Assembly: GCA_902774285.1 (NCBI GenBank)
Contig: CACYHO010000001.1
Location: 400,958 to 464,957 of the forward strand
DNA length: 64,000 nt
Direction: 5' to 3'
Origin: an uncultured Pseudomonadota bacterium
GTDB taxonomy: Bacteria > Pseudomonadota > Alphaproteobacteria > Rs-D84
Below are positions 1-9,075 of the stretch, in pieces (the first letter of the stretch is position 1; each line of letters starts with the position of its first letter). The notes beneath the pieces were generated by a model that searched no databases, was not told the origin of the DNA, and saw nothing but the letters and a program-made list of their open reading frames with translations. A program made the translations under genes and the position numbers.

Positions 1-125
1 GTCCAATGACAATTTTATCCCGTCTTGTTTATGCCATCATCGGTTTGGCGGCATTGATTTGGTTGTTTGTTTGGATTTTTGGCGATAAACCAACATGCGA
101 ATATGAACATAGACGCCGCGATTAA
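1..125 (+). CDS. DUF378-like small membrane protein, 5' truncated by window edge
   Basis: Frame from position 3 reads PMTILSRLVYAIIGLAALIWLFVWIFGDKPTCEYEHRRRD*; the SRxVYxIIGLAA helix resembles DUF378. Confidence 0.55.
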   Translation, partial: PMTILSRLVYAIIGLAALIWLFVWIFGDKPTCEYEHRRRD

Positions 126-177
126 AGGCTTTTTTATCTTGTATCTTTAAAAAGGGTGCCAACAAGGCATTCTTTTT

Positions 178-205
178 TTGCAAAATATTTTTTTTGTGAT
201 ACAAT
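178..205 (+). promoter_or_regulatory. sigma70-type promoter
   Basis: TTGCAA-N16-TACAAT with extended TGn -10. Confidence 0.55.
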
Positions 206-345
206 GAACTTATGCGAAAGCAGAGAAGAGAGAGAATAATAATGGGATGGTGGCTTTCGCAACGAATCTTTCAATTTTTTGTTTGGGTCGTCCCATCATC
301 CCATTTTTTTATTTATTTTTAGTTTTTCTTGATTTATAATATATC

Positions 346-371
346 TTGAAGTCAATAATTATTGATTTCAA
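346..371. promoter_or_regulatory. 26-bp near-perfect palindrome upstream of metK, candidate operator
   Basis: TTGAA-g-TCAATAATTATTGA-t-TTCAA; 12 of 13 pairs complementary. Confidence 0.45.
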
Positions 372-424
372 TGTGGATTTAACCTGACTTGTCCTGCATT
401 AACGGACTAAAAAAGGAGTATTTT

Positions 425-1435
425 ATGAAAAAAACTGCAGAAGCGGTGTCTTTGGGGCACCCAGATAAAACAGCCGACTTTATTTCTTCGTACATTTTGG
501 ATAAAATTATCGCACAAGATGCGCATGCTAGATATGCTGTCGAAGTTATGATCAAAGATAATACAGTTGTCCTTGGCGGAGAAATATCAGCAAATGCAAA
601 TACCAAATACATGTATGTTTGGGCAAAGAAAGCTTTGAATGAAATAGGGTACAATGAAGTTTATTCAAAAATATGGGGTGATTGCGCCATAAACACGAAA
701 AAATTGAAGGTTATAAACCTTGTTGGAAAACAATCTGGTGATATATATCGTGGCATAAAACAAAACGGTTGGGGCGACCAGGGTGTTTTTGTTGGATATG
801 CTTGCCGTGGTGCGAATAACATAAATCCAGAATTGTATTATGCGCGCAAATTAAATGCCGAATTGTATAATCTGGCAAAATCTGATCCGAATATGAAATT
901 AGGGTTGGATATAAAAACCCAGGTGACAATTGATGATGACGGCGGTATAGAAACTGTTATAGTCGCGATTCCTATGTTAGAAGACATAGATTTACAAGAT
1001 TTTGTGTTAAAAACATTGGGAATTGATGTAAAAAACATCATTATAAATGGAACAGGACGCTATACATCGCATGGTTCAATTGCAGATTGTGGTATTACCG
1101 GGCGAAAATTGGCGTGTGATTTTTATTCAACTGCATCGCCAATTGGTGGTGGCAGTCCATGGACTAAAGATGCCAGCAAAGCAGATTTGACGCTGAATCT
1201 GTATGCGCGGCAATTGGCATTACAATATCTGGACGATAATGACGAATGTTTTGTATATTTGTCTTCGTGTATCGGGCGTGCAGATTTGCCGAGTGCAACA
1301 GTAAAAACGATCAAAAATGGTATTGTGCATATGAAAAACATATCAATTGACAAAAAACCAGACGAAATAATCAATATTTTGGGGTTAAATAAACCTGTTT
1401 TTGCACAACTTTGCAGACATTCTGTGGGGTTGTGA
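425..1435 (+). CDS. metK: S-adenosylmethionine synthetase (short, divergent)
   Basis: EAVSLGHPDK, GWGDQG, GITGRKL and GGGSPWTKD motifs; ATG at 425. Confidence 0.9.
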   Translation: MKKTAEAVSLGHPDKTADFISSYILDKIIAQDAHARYAVEVMIKDNTVVLGGEISANANTKYMYVWAKKALNEIGYNEVYSKIWGDCAINTKKLKVINLVGKQSGDIYRGIKQNGWGDQGVFVGYACRGANNINPELYYARKLNAELYNLAKSDPNMKLGLDIKTQVTIDDDGGIETVIVAIPMLEDIDLQDFVLKTLGIDVKNIIINGTGRYTSHGSIADCGITGRKLACDFYSTASPIGGGSPWTKDASKADLTLNLYARQLALQYLDDNDECFVYLSSCIGRADLPSATVKTIKNGIVHMKNISIDKKPDEIINILGLNKPVFAQLCRHSVGL

Positions 1436-1712
1436 AAATAAAATCGGCTCTTTTCAATACGATATATTATAAAAATCAATATCTTGATTCGAATCGGTAA
1501 AATTTTATCTATATTTTGATTTTTTATCGATTCCGAATCGTTTTTTTATGCTTTTTTTTTACTAAAATATATACAAAAGAGTGTTTTGTGTGTAAAAACA
1601 CACCGAATCGATAATAAAAAAACAGCCGCAAAGCCGCATCCGATGGGCAATACAAAAAATCAAGCGCAAAATGCAAAAAAAAAATTTTTTTTATAATGAG
1701 AATTTACACCAA

Positions 1713-1728
1713 ATACTGTATATTGTGT
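1713..1728. promoter_or_regulatory. NrdR box 1
   Basis: ATACTGTATATTGTGT matches the acaCwAtATaTwGtgt consensus, upstream of nrdD. Confidence 0.7.
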
Positions 1729-1745
1729 TAAAAGGATCACAACAA

Positions 1746-1761
1746 ACACTATATATAGTAT
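1746..1761. promoter_or_regulatory. NrdR box 2
   Basis: ACACTATATATAGTAT; tandem with box 1 (33 bp start to start). Confidence 0.8.
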
Positions 1762-1786
1762 TTTTTGTCAAATTAAGGGGTAAAAA

Positions 1787-3841
1787 ATGGCAGGGGATAA
1801 AAACGAAACAAAGATTCAGGTAGTATCAACGCTGACATGCGAATTAGAATCTATTAAAAAGCGTTCGGGGGAAACTGTTCCGTTTGATGCTAAAAAGATT
1901 TTTGAAGCAATCAAAAAGGCGGTTGCAGTTACTCATGAAATATCCGATGCTGATATTGTAAAAATAACCCAAGATGTTTTGAAAAGATTGGACAAGAAAT
2001 ATGCTGGTCAAATTCCATCTGTCGAAGATATACAAGAAATCGTTATTCAAACATTGATGGATTCGCGCGCGTATAAAACAGCTGAATCTTATATAGTATA
2101 TCGTCAAAAAAGAACAGAAATAAGAAATTCATTGGTTGATGCTGTTGAAATTATTGATGGATATGTAAGTGAAGCAGACTGGCGCGTCAAAGAAAATGCG
2201 AACATCGGTTATTCTATCGGTGGTTTGATTTTGCGTTCTTCTGAACGTATGACAGCTGAATATTGGTTGAATTTATATCCAAAAGATATTGCAGATGCAC
2301 ACAAGGCTGCCGCATTCCATATTCATGATTTGGGTTGGTTGACTGGATATTGTGCCGGTTGGTCACTTCGTGAATTGTTATACGAAGGATTCAATGGTGT
2401 CCCTGGCTATTTGCAATGTGCACCGGCTAAACATATGGCCACTGCGATTTCTCATATGGTGAATTTCTTGGGCACTTTGCAAAATGAATTTGCAGGCGCG
2501 CAAGCATTTTCATCTGTTGATACTTATCTTGCTCCATATGTTCGTATTGATAATTTGACATATGCAGATGTTAAAAACGCTATGCAAACATTGGTATTCA
2601 ATTGTTCTGTACCATGTCGTTGGGGAACACAAACACCATTTATTAACTTTACTTTCGATTGGACATGTCCAAAAGATTTGCGTGAACAACGTCCTTTTGT
2701 TGGTAAAAAGATGGTGGATTTCACATATGGTGATTTACAGGGTGAAATGGATATGATTAACAAGGCTTTCTTGGAAGTCATGACCGAAGGTGATGCCCAG
2801 GGTCGTCCATTTACTTTCCCAATTCCAACATATAACATCACAGACGATTTCCCATGGGAACATCCAAATGTAAAACCTTTGTTTGATTTGGCTGCTAAAT
2901 ACGGTATACCAAACTTCCAGAATTTCTTGAATTCTGATTTGAACCCAACAGATGTGCGTTCTATGTGCTGCAGATTGCGTTTGGACGTTCGTGAATTATT
3001 AAAACGCGGTGGCGGTTTGTTTGGATCTGCTGAAAAGACAGGTTCTATTGGGGTTGTTACTATCAATTTAGCGCGTCTTGGTTATACTCACAAGGGGGAC
3101 CGCGAAGGTTTGTTCCGTGAATTAAAAAGATTATTAGATTTGGCACGTGATTCTTTGGAAATTAAACGTAAAATTATTTCCAAGAATTTGGAACGTGGAC
3201 TTTATCCATTTACTAAACGTTATTTGGGTAATTGGAACCATCACTTTTCAACAATTGGCGTTAATGGCGCAAATGAAATGGTTATGAATTTCACAAATGG
3301 TTCAGATAATATCGCAACAGTTTTTGGTAAGAACTTGGTTTTGGAAGTGATGGATTTCATCAGAACTAACCTTGCTGATTATCAAGAAACAACAGGAAAC
3401 TTGTATAATTTGGAAGCAACCCCAGCAGAAGGTTGTGCATATCGTTTTGCGAAAACTGACAAAAAGAATTTCCCAGATATCATAACTGCTGGAACACCTG
3501 ACGCACCTTATTATACAAATTCAACACAATTACCTGTGTATTTCACAGACGATCCATTTGTTGCCTTGGAACACCAGGAAGAATTACAACGCAAATATAC
3601 AGGCGGAACAATGTTGCACCTTTATATGGGCGAACCAGTTTCATCTGGTGAAGCAGCTGAAAAAATCGTTCGGACAATATTTGAAAACTATAAAGTGCCA
3701 TATATGACTTTGACACCTACATTCTCGATCTGTCCAAAACACGGCTATTTACCAGGACGCCACGAATTCTGTCCAAAATGCGATGCAGAAATTGCGGCAA
3801 ACAATAACGATTGCCAATGCAAATGTGGTGACCACGAATAA
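1787..3841 (+). CDS. nrdD: Class III anaerobic ribonucleoside-triphosphate reductase, large part (ATP-cone plus catalytic core; lacks glycyl-radical C-terminus)
   Basis: N-terminal ATP cone (IKKRSGETVPFDAKKI), SMCCRL, EATPAEG, C-terminal CPKHG..CPKC. Confidence 0.95.
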   Translation: MAGDKNETKIQVVSTLTCELESIKKRSGETVPFDAKKIFEAIKKAVAVTHEISDADIVKITQDVLKRLDKKYAGQIPSVEDIQEIVIQTLMDSRAYKTAESYIVYRQKRTEIRNSLVDAVEIIDGYVSEADWRVKENANIGYSIGGLILRSSERMTAEYWLNLYPKDIADAHKAAAFHIHDLGWLTGYCAGWSLRELLYEGFNGVPGYLQCAPAKHMATAISHMVNFLGTLQNEFAGAQAFSSVDTYLAPYVRIDNLTYADVKNAMQTLVFNCSVPCRWGTQTPFINFTFDWTCPKDLREQRPFVGKKMVDFTYGDLQGEMDMINKAFLEVMTEGDAQGRPFTFPIPTYNITDDFPWEHPNVKPLFDLAAKYGIPNFQNFLNSDLNPTDVRSMCCRLRLDVRELLKRGGGLFGSAEKTGSIGVVTINLARLGYTHKGDREGLFRELKRLLDLARDSLEIKRKIISKNLERGLYPFTKRYLGNWNHHFSTIGVNGANEMVMNFTNGSDNIATVFGKNLVLEVMDFIRTNLADYQETTGNLYNLEATPAEGCAYRFAKTDKKNFPDIITAGTPDAPYYTNSTQLPVYFTDDPFVALEHQEELQRKYTGGTMLHLYMGEPVSSGEAAEKIVRTIFENYKVPYMTLTPTFSICPKHGYLPGRHEFCPKCDAEIAANNNDCQCKCGDHE

Positions 3842-3874
3842 AAAAATAAAAAATAAAAAGGAAAGGAGGAAATT

Positions 3875-4054
3875 ATGAACCCACAAACAAGAACACCATG
3901 CGAAACATTTTCACGCTCTATGGGATATATCAGACCAGTTAAGAACTTTAACATTGGTAAATATGCTGAATTCTGTGAAAGAAAAACATTTACAGAAGCA
4001 AATTCTTTAACAGCTGGTGCTCGTCATACTGAATTGATGAAAAAGGCAGCATAA
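3875..4054 (+). CDS. NrdD C-terminal glycyl-radical domain as a separate 59-aa protein
   Basis: Not in ORF track; MNPQTRTPCETFSRSMGYIRPVKNFNIGKYAEFCERKTF...; strong RBS AAGGAGGA; RxxGYxRP motif. Confidence 0.9.
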   Translation: MNPQTRTPCETFSRSMGYIRPVKNFNIGKYAEFCERKTFTEANSLTAGARHTELMKKAA

Positions 4055-4067
4055 GGGTTCATGATTT

Positions 4068-4772
4068 ATGAAAGAACTTCAAATCGGCGGCCTGGTTTCC
4101 TTTACGACTATTGATTATCCTGGGAAATTGGCCGCTGTATTATTTCTAAAAGGATGCCCATTACAATGCGAATATTGTTCTAATTCGCATTTGATTGCGG
4201 TGGAAGAGGGCGAATATGATCCAACCAAAGTATTTGATTGGTTGCGTGCGCGTGTTGGTAAATTGGAAGGTGTCGTTTTTTCCGGTGGCGAAGCATTGAT
4301 GCAGGCGGACACAACAATCGATTATATGAAACGGGTGAAAGAACTTGGTTTTTTAATCGGTTTACATACAAACGGTTTTTATCCAGATTTGTTAAAGAAA
4401 GTTGTTGATATTGTTGATTGGATCGGCCTTGATTTCAAAGCAACCAAAGAACATTACAAAGATTTAACAAAAATCGACATCGCATATGATCGTATGATTG
4501 AATCTTTGAAATATTGGGTGACAACTGGACGTGGATTGGAAGTGCGTACCACTTGCGATCCGCGTTTTGTTTCAAAAGAAGATTTGTTGGAAATCGCAAA
4601 AATATCTTCAGATATGAGTGTTAAACATTTTGCAGTGCAAAAATATACACCATATCACGAATGTGAATGTCACCAAACAACACCTGCGGAAAGAGAGCAG
4701 TTTTTCAACGATGATGAATTAAAGAAAAAAATAGAATCATTGTTTGAAAGTGTAATCTGGCGGAACAGTTAA
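4068..4772 (+). CDS. nrdG: Anaerobic RNR activating radical-SAM enzyme
   Basis: GCPLQCEYCSN CxxxCxxC, FSGGEA; follows nrdD. Confidence 0.92.
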   Translation: MKELQIGGLVSFTTIDYPGKLAAVLFLKGCPLQCEYCSNSHLIAVEEGEYDPTKVFDWLRARVGKLEGVVFSGGEALMQADTTIDYMKRVKELGFLIGLHTNGFYPDLLKKVVDIVDWIGLDFKATKEHYKDLTKIDIAYDRMIESLKYWVTTGRGLEVRTTCDPRFVSKEDLLEIAKISSDMSVKHFAVQKYTPYHECECHQTTPAEREQFFNDDELKKKIESLFESVIWRNS

Positions 4773-4796
4773 AAAACCACCCGAACGGGTGGTTTT
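4771..4796. terminator. Bidirectional intrinsic terminator
   Basis: AAAAAACCACCC-GAAC-GGGTGGTTTT between convergent genes. Confidence 0.8.
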
Positions 4797-4797
4797 C

Positions 4798-5172
4798 TTA
4801 TGATCTTATTCTTTCCATTAGTCTTGCGAAAAACGATTGTTTAATTTTTGGTGTATAGCCCAGATGTCTTTTTGAATCGCATAAATTAAATAAAGATTTT
4901 ACTTTGTCATATTCTGCATCTCCATAACGAACGTATTCATATATACCAAAGCCTTGCACTACATAATAATTATCTCCGTGGTATTGAAGATGGCGTTTTA
5001 TAGTGACTATCTCTTTGCCGGTTTGTTTAATAACAGCCCGTTCTTGTTCACCCATATGACCCCATTTTTCAAATTTCAGGTTATCATTGCTTTCGACTAT
5101 ACGCAAACACATACGAATTGCTTCGGAAACGGTCTTTGCTTCTTGTTGTTTTTCTTTTTTAAAAATAGACAT
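4798..5172 (-). CDS. Hypothetical protein (124 aa) with amphipathic basic C-terminus
   Basis: Likely start MSIFKKEK at 5172 (the longer ORF runs through a non-coding relic); ends KQSFFARLMERIRS. Confidence 0.6.
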   Translation of the reverse strand: MSIFKKEKQQEAKTVSEAIRMCLRIVESNDNLKFEKWGHMGEQERAVIKQTGKEIVTIKRHLQYHGDNYYVVQGFGIYEYVRYGDAEYDKVKSLFNLCDSKRHLGYTPKIKQSFFARLMERIRS

Positions 5173-5283
5173 ATTAAACCTTTTTTTGTGATGCCAGTAT
5201 AGCATTGTCTCTGTTAAAGTCAAATGTATGCTCAATTTTCTTAATCTCGCACACTCTGGTGTGTTAGATAACGAAAATTGGCA

Positions 5284-5369
5284 GGCCCTGATCGGAATGT
5301 AATTCCCACAACATAAATGTTGCGGGCCCCTTTCACTCCGCTTCGCTACGTTACGAACCGATCGGTTCG
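5284..5369 (-). repeat. Duplicated tRNA-Leu 3' end interrupted by a 55-nt insert in the T-loop (att-like relic)
   Basis: ggccctgatcggaat (5284-5298) + 55 nt + cgaaccgat (5354-5362) equals the contiguous tRNA sequence at 5441-5464. Confidence 0.75.
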
Positions 5370-5436
5370 ATTTAGAATCAATATTCACGATAAATAAAAA
5401 AATACACACCGCTTAGGGTGTGTATTTCTTTATTTC

Positions 5437-5522
5437 TGGTGGCCCTGATCGGAATCGAACCGATACTCTTATTCAGAACTTGATTTTGAGTCAAGCGCGT
5501 CTACCAGTTCCGCCACAGGGCC
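5437..5522 (-). tRNA. tRNA-Leu(CAA)
   Basis: GGCCCTG/CAGGGCC acceptor stem, cttga-CTCAAAA-tcaag anticodon arm, long variable arm, encoded CCA. Confidence 0.95.
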
Positions 5523-5540
5523 AAAACCATTTACAACCAA

Positions 5541-5915
5541 TTATTTTGCGGTTGCTTTTTTGGCTTCTACCTTTTTAACAAGGCGTGCACTGCGTGTTGG
5601 CTTGTGAACAGGCTTTTTAGCAGGTGCAGCAGCTTTGCCGTTTTTCTTTTCAATGGCTTTTTTAATAGCAGCCATTTCAGGTGTCAAACGGGATACAGGT
5701 TTAGCCATTACATAGGCATCCAATCCACCGTGTTTTGTTAATGTGCGCAATCCAGCAGTAGAAATACGAAGGCTGAAATCGCGTCCCAAAATATCACTGT
5801 GGAACGATAATTTTTGTAAATTTGGCAAGAATGTACGTTTTGTATGACGCATAGAATGCGATACATTCATTCCAACCATTGTCTTTTTTCCAGTTACTTT
5901 ACATACACGTGGCAT
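5541..5915 (-). CDS. rpmB: 50S ribosomal protein L28 with Lys/Ala-rich C-terminal extension
   Basis: MPRVCKVTGKKTMVGMNVSHSMRHTKRTFLPNLQ. Confidence 0.95.
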   Translation of the reverse strand: MPRVCKVTGKKTMVGMNVSHSMRHTKRTFLPNLQKLSFHSDILGRDFSLRISTAGLRTLTKHGGLDAYVMAKPVSRLTPEMAAIKKAIEKKNGKAAAPAKKPVHKPTRSARLVKKVEAKKATAK

Positions 5916-6024
5916 ATTTAAATCCTTTAATTACTGGGCAATAATTTATACTATAATTTGTGAAAAGTCAAGTAATGTTTTCATTTTTATATATCTTTTT
6001 TATATTGGGTTTATTGTCCGATGG

Positions 6025-6052
6025 CTTGAATTTTCAAAATATGCGACTATAT
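6025..6052 (+). promoter_or_regulatory. RpoH (sigma32)-like promoter of clpB
   Basis: CTTGAA-N16-CTATAT upstream of a heat-shock chaperone gene. Confidence 0.55.
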
Positions 6053-6084
6053 AAGCATTGACAAGAAAAACAAGAGGTAATTCT

Positions 6085-8142
6085 ATGAATCCAGATGAAG
6101 TTCAAGAAACACCACAACAGGCGATTGAAAAATACACCACCGATTTTACTAAATTGGCGGCAGAGGGCAAATTGGACCCAGTTATCGGACGTGAAGAAGA
6201 AGTTCGCAGAACTATTCAGGTTTTGTCGCGTCGAACAAAAAATAACCCCGTGTTAATCGGAAATCCGGGTGTCGGTAAAACCGCAATTGTCGAAGGTTTG
6301 GCACAACGTATCGTTTCCGGCGATATGCCTGAAAATTTATTGAATAAAAAATTATTATCATTGGATATGGGGGCGCTGATGGCGGGGGCTATGTTCCGTG
6401 GCCAATTCGAAGGACGCCTTAAAGCGATCCTTAAAGCAGTAAAAGAAGCCAATGGTGAAATTATTTTATTCATTGATGAATTGCATACTATGGTTGGTGC
6501 CGGCAAAGGCGAAGGCAGTATGGACGCTGGTAATTTATTGAAACCTATGTTGGCACGTGGTGAATTGCATTGTGTGGGGGCGACCACACTCGATGAATAC
6601 CGTCAGTATATTGAAAAAGATCCTGCGCTTGCGCGTCGTTTTCAACCGGTATATGTAGACGAACCAACCGTTGATGATACTATTTCAATTTTGCGTGGAT
6701 TAAAAGATAAATACGAAGGACATCATGGTGTGCGTATTTCTGATTCTGCGCTGGTTGCGGCGGTAAAATTATCCAACCGTTATATCACAGACAGATTTTT
6801 GCCGGATAAAGCGATTGATTTGATTGATGAAGCGGCTGCGCGTGTTCGTATAGAAATTGCATCTAAGCCTGAAAAACTTGATGAATTGGACAGACATTTA
6901 ATGCAATTGAAAATCGAACAACAGGCATTGAAAAAAGAAAAAGACGAAGAATCTAAAAAACGTTTGAAAGATTTGGATGCTTTGATTGAAAAAATGCAGA
7001 AAGAATCTGACGAAATGACTGCTAAATGGGTTGATGAACAAAAGAAGATGAAAGGTTTGTCTGATTCTATGGCTGCACTTGATGCCGCGCGTGCAGAGGT
7101 TGCAATCGCGATGCGTAATGGTGATTATGAAAAGGCTTCCGCATTGCAATATGGCAAGATTCCGCAACTCGAAGAAGAAATTAAGAAACAAAACACTGAA
7201 TCAAAAGAATATAAAACTGTATTACCAGAACATATTGCAGCCGTTGTTTCAAAGTGGACTGGCGTGCCGGCAGATAGATTAAGTGTCGAAGAACAATCTA
7301 AATTATTAAATATCGAAGATGAATTGCGTAAACGTGTTGTTGGGCAAGATCATGCGTTGTCTGTTGTTGCGCGTGCTATACGTCGTTCACGTGCTGGACT
7401 TTCTGATCCGCGCAGACCATCGGGTTCGTTTATGTTTTTGGGACCAACCGGTGTTGGTAAAACAGAGGTTGCAAAAGCATTGGCAGAATATCTGTTTAAT
7501 GATGATACTGCGATGACAAGAATTGATATGAGTGAATATATGGAACCACATTCTGTCGCGCGTTTAATCGGTGCGCCTCCGGGATATGTGGGGTATGAAC
7601 AGGGTGGTGAATTGACAGAATCTGTCCGTCGTCGTCCATATCAGGTATTGTTATTTGATGAAATTGAAAAGGCTAACCCAGATGTGTTCAATGTATTCTT
7701 GCAAATACTTGATGATGGAAGACTTACAGACGGGCAGGGACGAATAGTTAACTTTACAAATACCATTATAATCATGACAAGTAATTTGCCAAGTATGGAT
7801 GCGGTAAAGAAACAATTCAGACCTGAATTTATCAACCGTATTGATGAAATTGTGTTCTTTAATGCGCTGGGCAAAGATGTTATGGGCGATATAGTAAAGA
7901 TTCAATTAAAGATTCTTGAAAAGCGCCTTGGTGAACGTCAAATGTCTTTGCGTGTGACAGATAAAGCAATACAATGGTTGGCGGATAACGGATATGATGC
8001 TGTATTTGGTGCACGTCCATTAAAACGTCTTATAACCACAGCGGTAGAAGATAAAATTGCAGATTTGATTTTATCTGGCGCCGTTGGTGAAGGATCAACA
8101 GTCAATGTTGATGTCCATGGCAAAGAATTATTGATACAATAA
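6085..8142 (+). CDS. clpB: ClpB AAA+ disaggregase lacking the N-terminal Clp domain
   Basis: [10 protein letters not shown], two Walker A motifs ([16 protein letters not shown]), coiled-coil M domain; RBS GAGGT before ATG 6085. Confidence 0.92.
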   Translation: MNPDEVQETPQQAIEKYTTDFTKLAAEGKLDPVIGREEEVRRTIQVLSRRTKNNPVLIGNPGVGKTAIVEGLAQRIVSGDMPENLLNKKLLSLDMGALMAGAMFRGQFEGRLKAILKAVKEANGEIILFIDELHTMVGAGKGEGSMDAGNLLKPMLARGELHCVGATTLDEYRQYIEKDPALARRFQPVYVDEPTVDDTISILRGLKDKYEGHHGVRISDSALVAAVKLSNRYITDRFLPDKAIDLIDEAAARVRIEIASKPEKLDELDRHLMQLKIEQQALKKEKDEESKKRLKDLDALIEKMQKESDEMTAKWVDEQKKMKGLSDSMAALDAARAEVAIAMRNGDYEKASALQYGKIPQLEEEIKKQNTESKEYKTVLPEHIAAVVSKWTGVPADRLSVEEQSKLLNIEDELRKRVVGQDHALSVVARAIRRSRAGLSDPRRPSGSFMFLGPTGVGKTEVAKALAEYLFNDDTAMTRIDMSEYMEPHSVARLIGAPPGYVGYEQGGELTESVRRRPYQVLLFDEIEKANPDVFNVFLQILDDGRLTDGQGRIVNFTNTIIIMTSNLPSMDAVKKQFRPEFINRIDEIVFFNALGKDVMGDIVKIQLKILEKRLGERQMSLRVTDKAIQWLADNGYDAVFGARPLKRLITTAVEDKIADLILSGAVGEGSTVNVDVHGKELLIQ

Positions 8143-8169
8143 AAACGCCCGTTTGGGCGTTTTTTTATT
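8141..8169. terminator. Intrinsic terminator, identical to 9047-9075
   Basis: AAAAACGCCC-GTTT-GGGCGTTTTTTTATT. Confidence 0.8.
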
Positions 8170-8221
8170 GCGTATTTTTGTGTTTTTTGTTAGATTTCAA
8201 ATAACAAGAAAGGAAGAAAAA

Positions 8222-9046
8222 ATGAATATGATTACATTAGATGCTTTGGTGGCAAAGCTGGGACAAATTGTCGCTGAATTTGGGACAAAATTATTGGCGG
8301 CAATTGCAATATGGGTTATCGGTTTTTGGGTTGTAAAAAAGGTTATTGCTTCCATTGGTTTTGCAATGAAAGCGCACAAAGTAGAACCATCGCTGGCAAC
8401 ATTTTCATTGTCTTTTTTAAGTATCACGATGAAAGTTTTTGTATTCATCATTATTTTGACAACGATGGGTGTTCAAATGACATCTATTGTGGCTGTTTTG
8501 GGTGCTGCTTCATTGGCAATTGGTATGGCGTTATCTGGAATGTTGCAAAATGTAGCCGGGGGCATAGTTATATTATTGTTTAAACCATTTCGTGTTGGTG
8601 ATGCAATTGAAACAGCCACTGGTAATATTGGTATCGTAAAAAGAATAATGATATTCACAACGCAAATAAATACTTTTGATAACCAGGTTTTATTCTTGCC
8701 AAATGGTGCATTGGCAAATGGTGTTATAACTAATTTAACCATGGGTGAAAAACGCAGAACAGATTTGACGGTTGCAATATCATATGGTGATGATGTTGAA
8801 AAGGCACGTGAATTGGCTTTGAAAATATTAAAGAAAGATAAACGTGTTTTAAAAGATCCAACACCTGTTGTGTTTTTGTCTTCGTTGGATGACAGTTCTG
8901 TCACAATAAATGTTCGCTATTGGACAACGTTTGATGATTTGTTATCAACAAAAGCAGATGTTTTGGAAACAATATATAAAGAATTTCCAAAGAACAAATT
9001 GAATTTTCCATTTCCACAAATGGATGTGCATGTTAAAAAGAAATAA
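8222..9046 (+). CDS. mscS: Small-conductance mechanosensitive channel
   Basis: Three TM helices, LGAASLAIGMALSG, KPFRVGD, NFPFPQMDVH. Confidence 0.9.
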   Translation: MNMITLDALVAKLGQIVAEFGTKLLAAIAIWVIGFWVVKKVIASIGFAMKAHKVEPSLATFSLSFLSITMKVFVFIIILTTMGVQMTSIVAVLGAASLAIGMALSGMLQNVAGGIVILLFKPFRVGDAIETATGNIGIVKRIMIFTTQINTFDNQVLFLPNGALANGVITNLTMGEKRRTDLTVAISYGDDVEKARELALKILKKDKRVLKDPTPVVFLSSLDDSSVTINVRYWTTFDDLLSTKADVLETIYKEFPKNKLNFPFPQMDVHVKKK

Positions 9047-9075
9047 AAAAACGCCCGTTTGGGCGTTTTTTTATT
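9047..9075. terminator. Intrinsic terminator, identical to 8141-8169
   Basis: Same 29-nt sequence. Confidence 0.8.

Noticed and set aside
178-425. Known SAM riboswitch before metK
   Set aside because: No match to SAM-I or SAM-II consensus by eye; kept only as an unexplained structured leader
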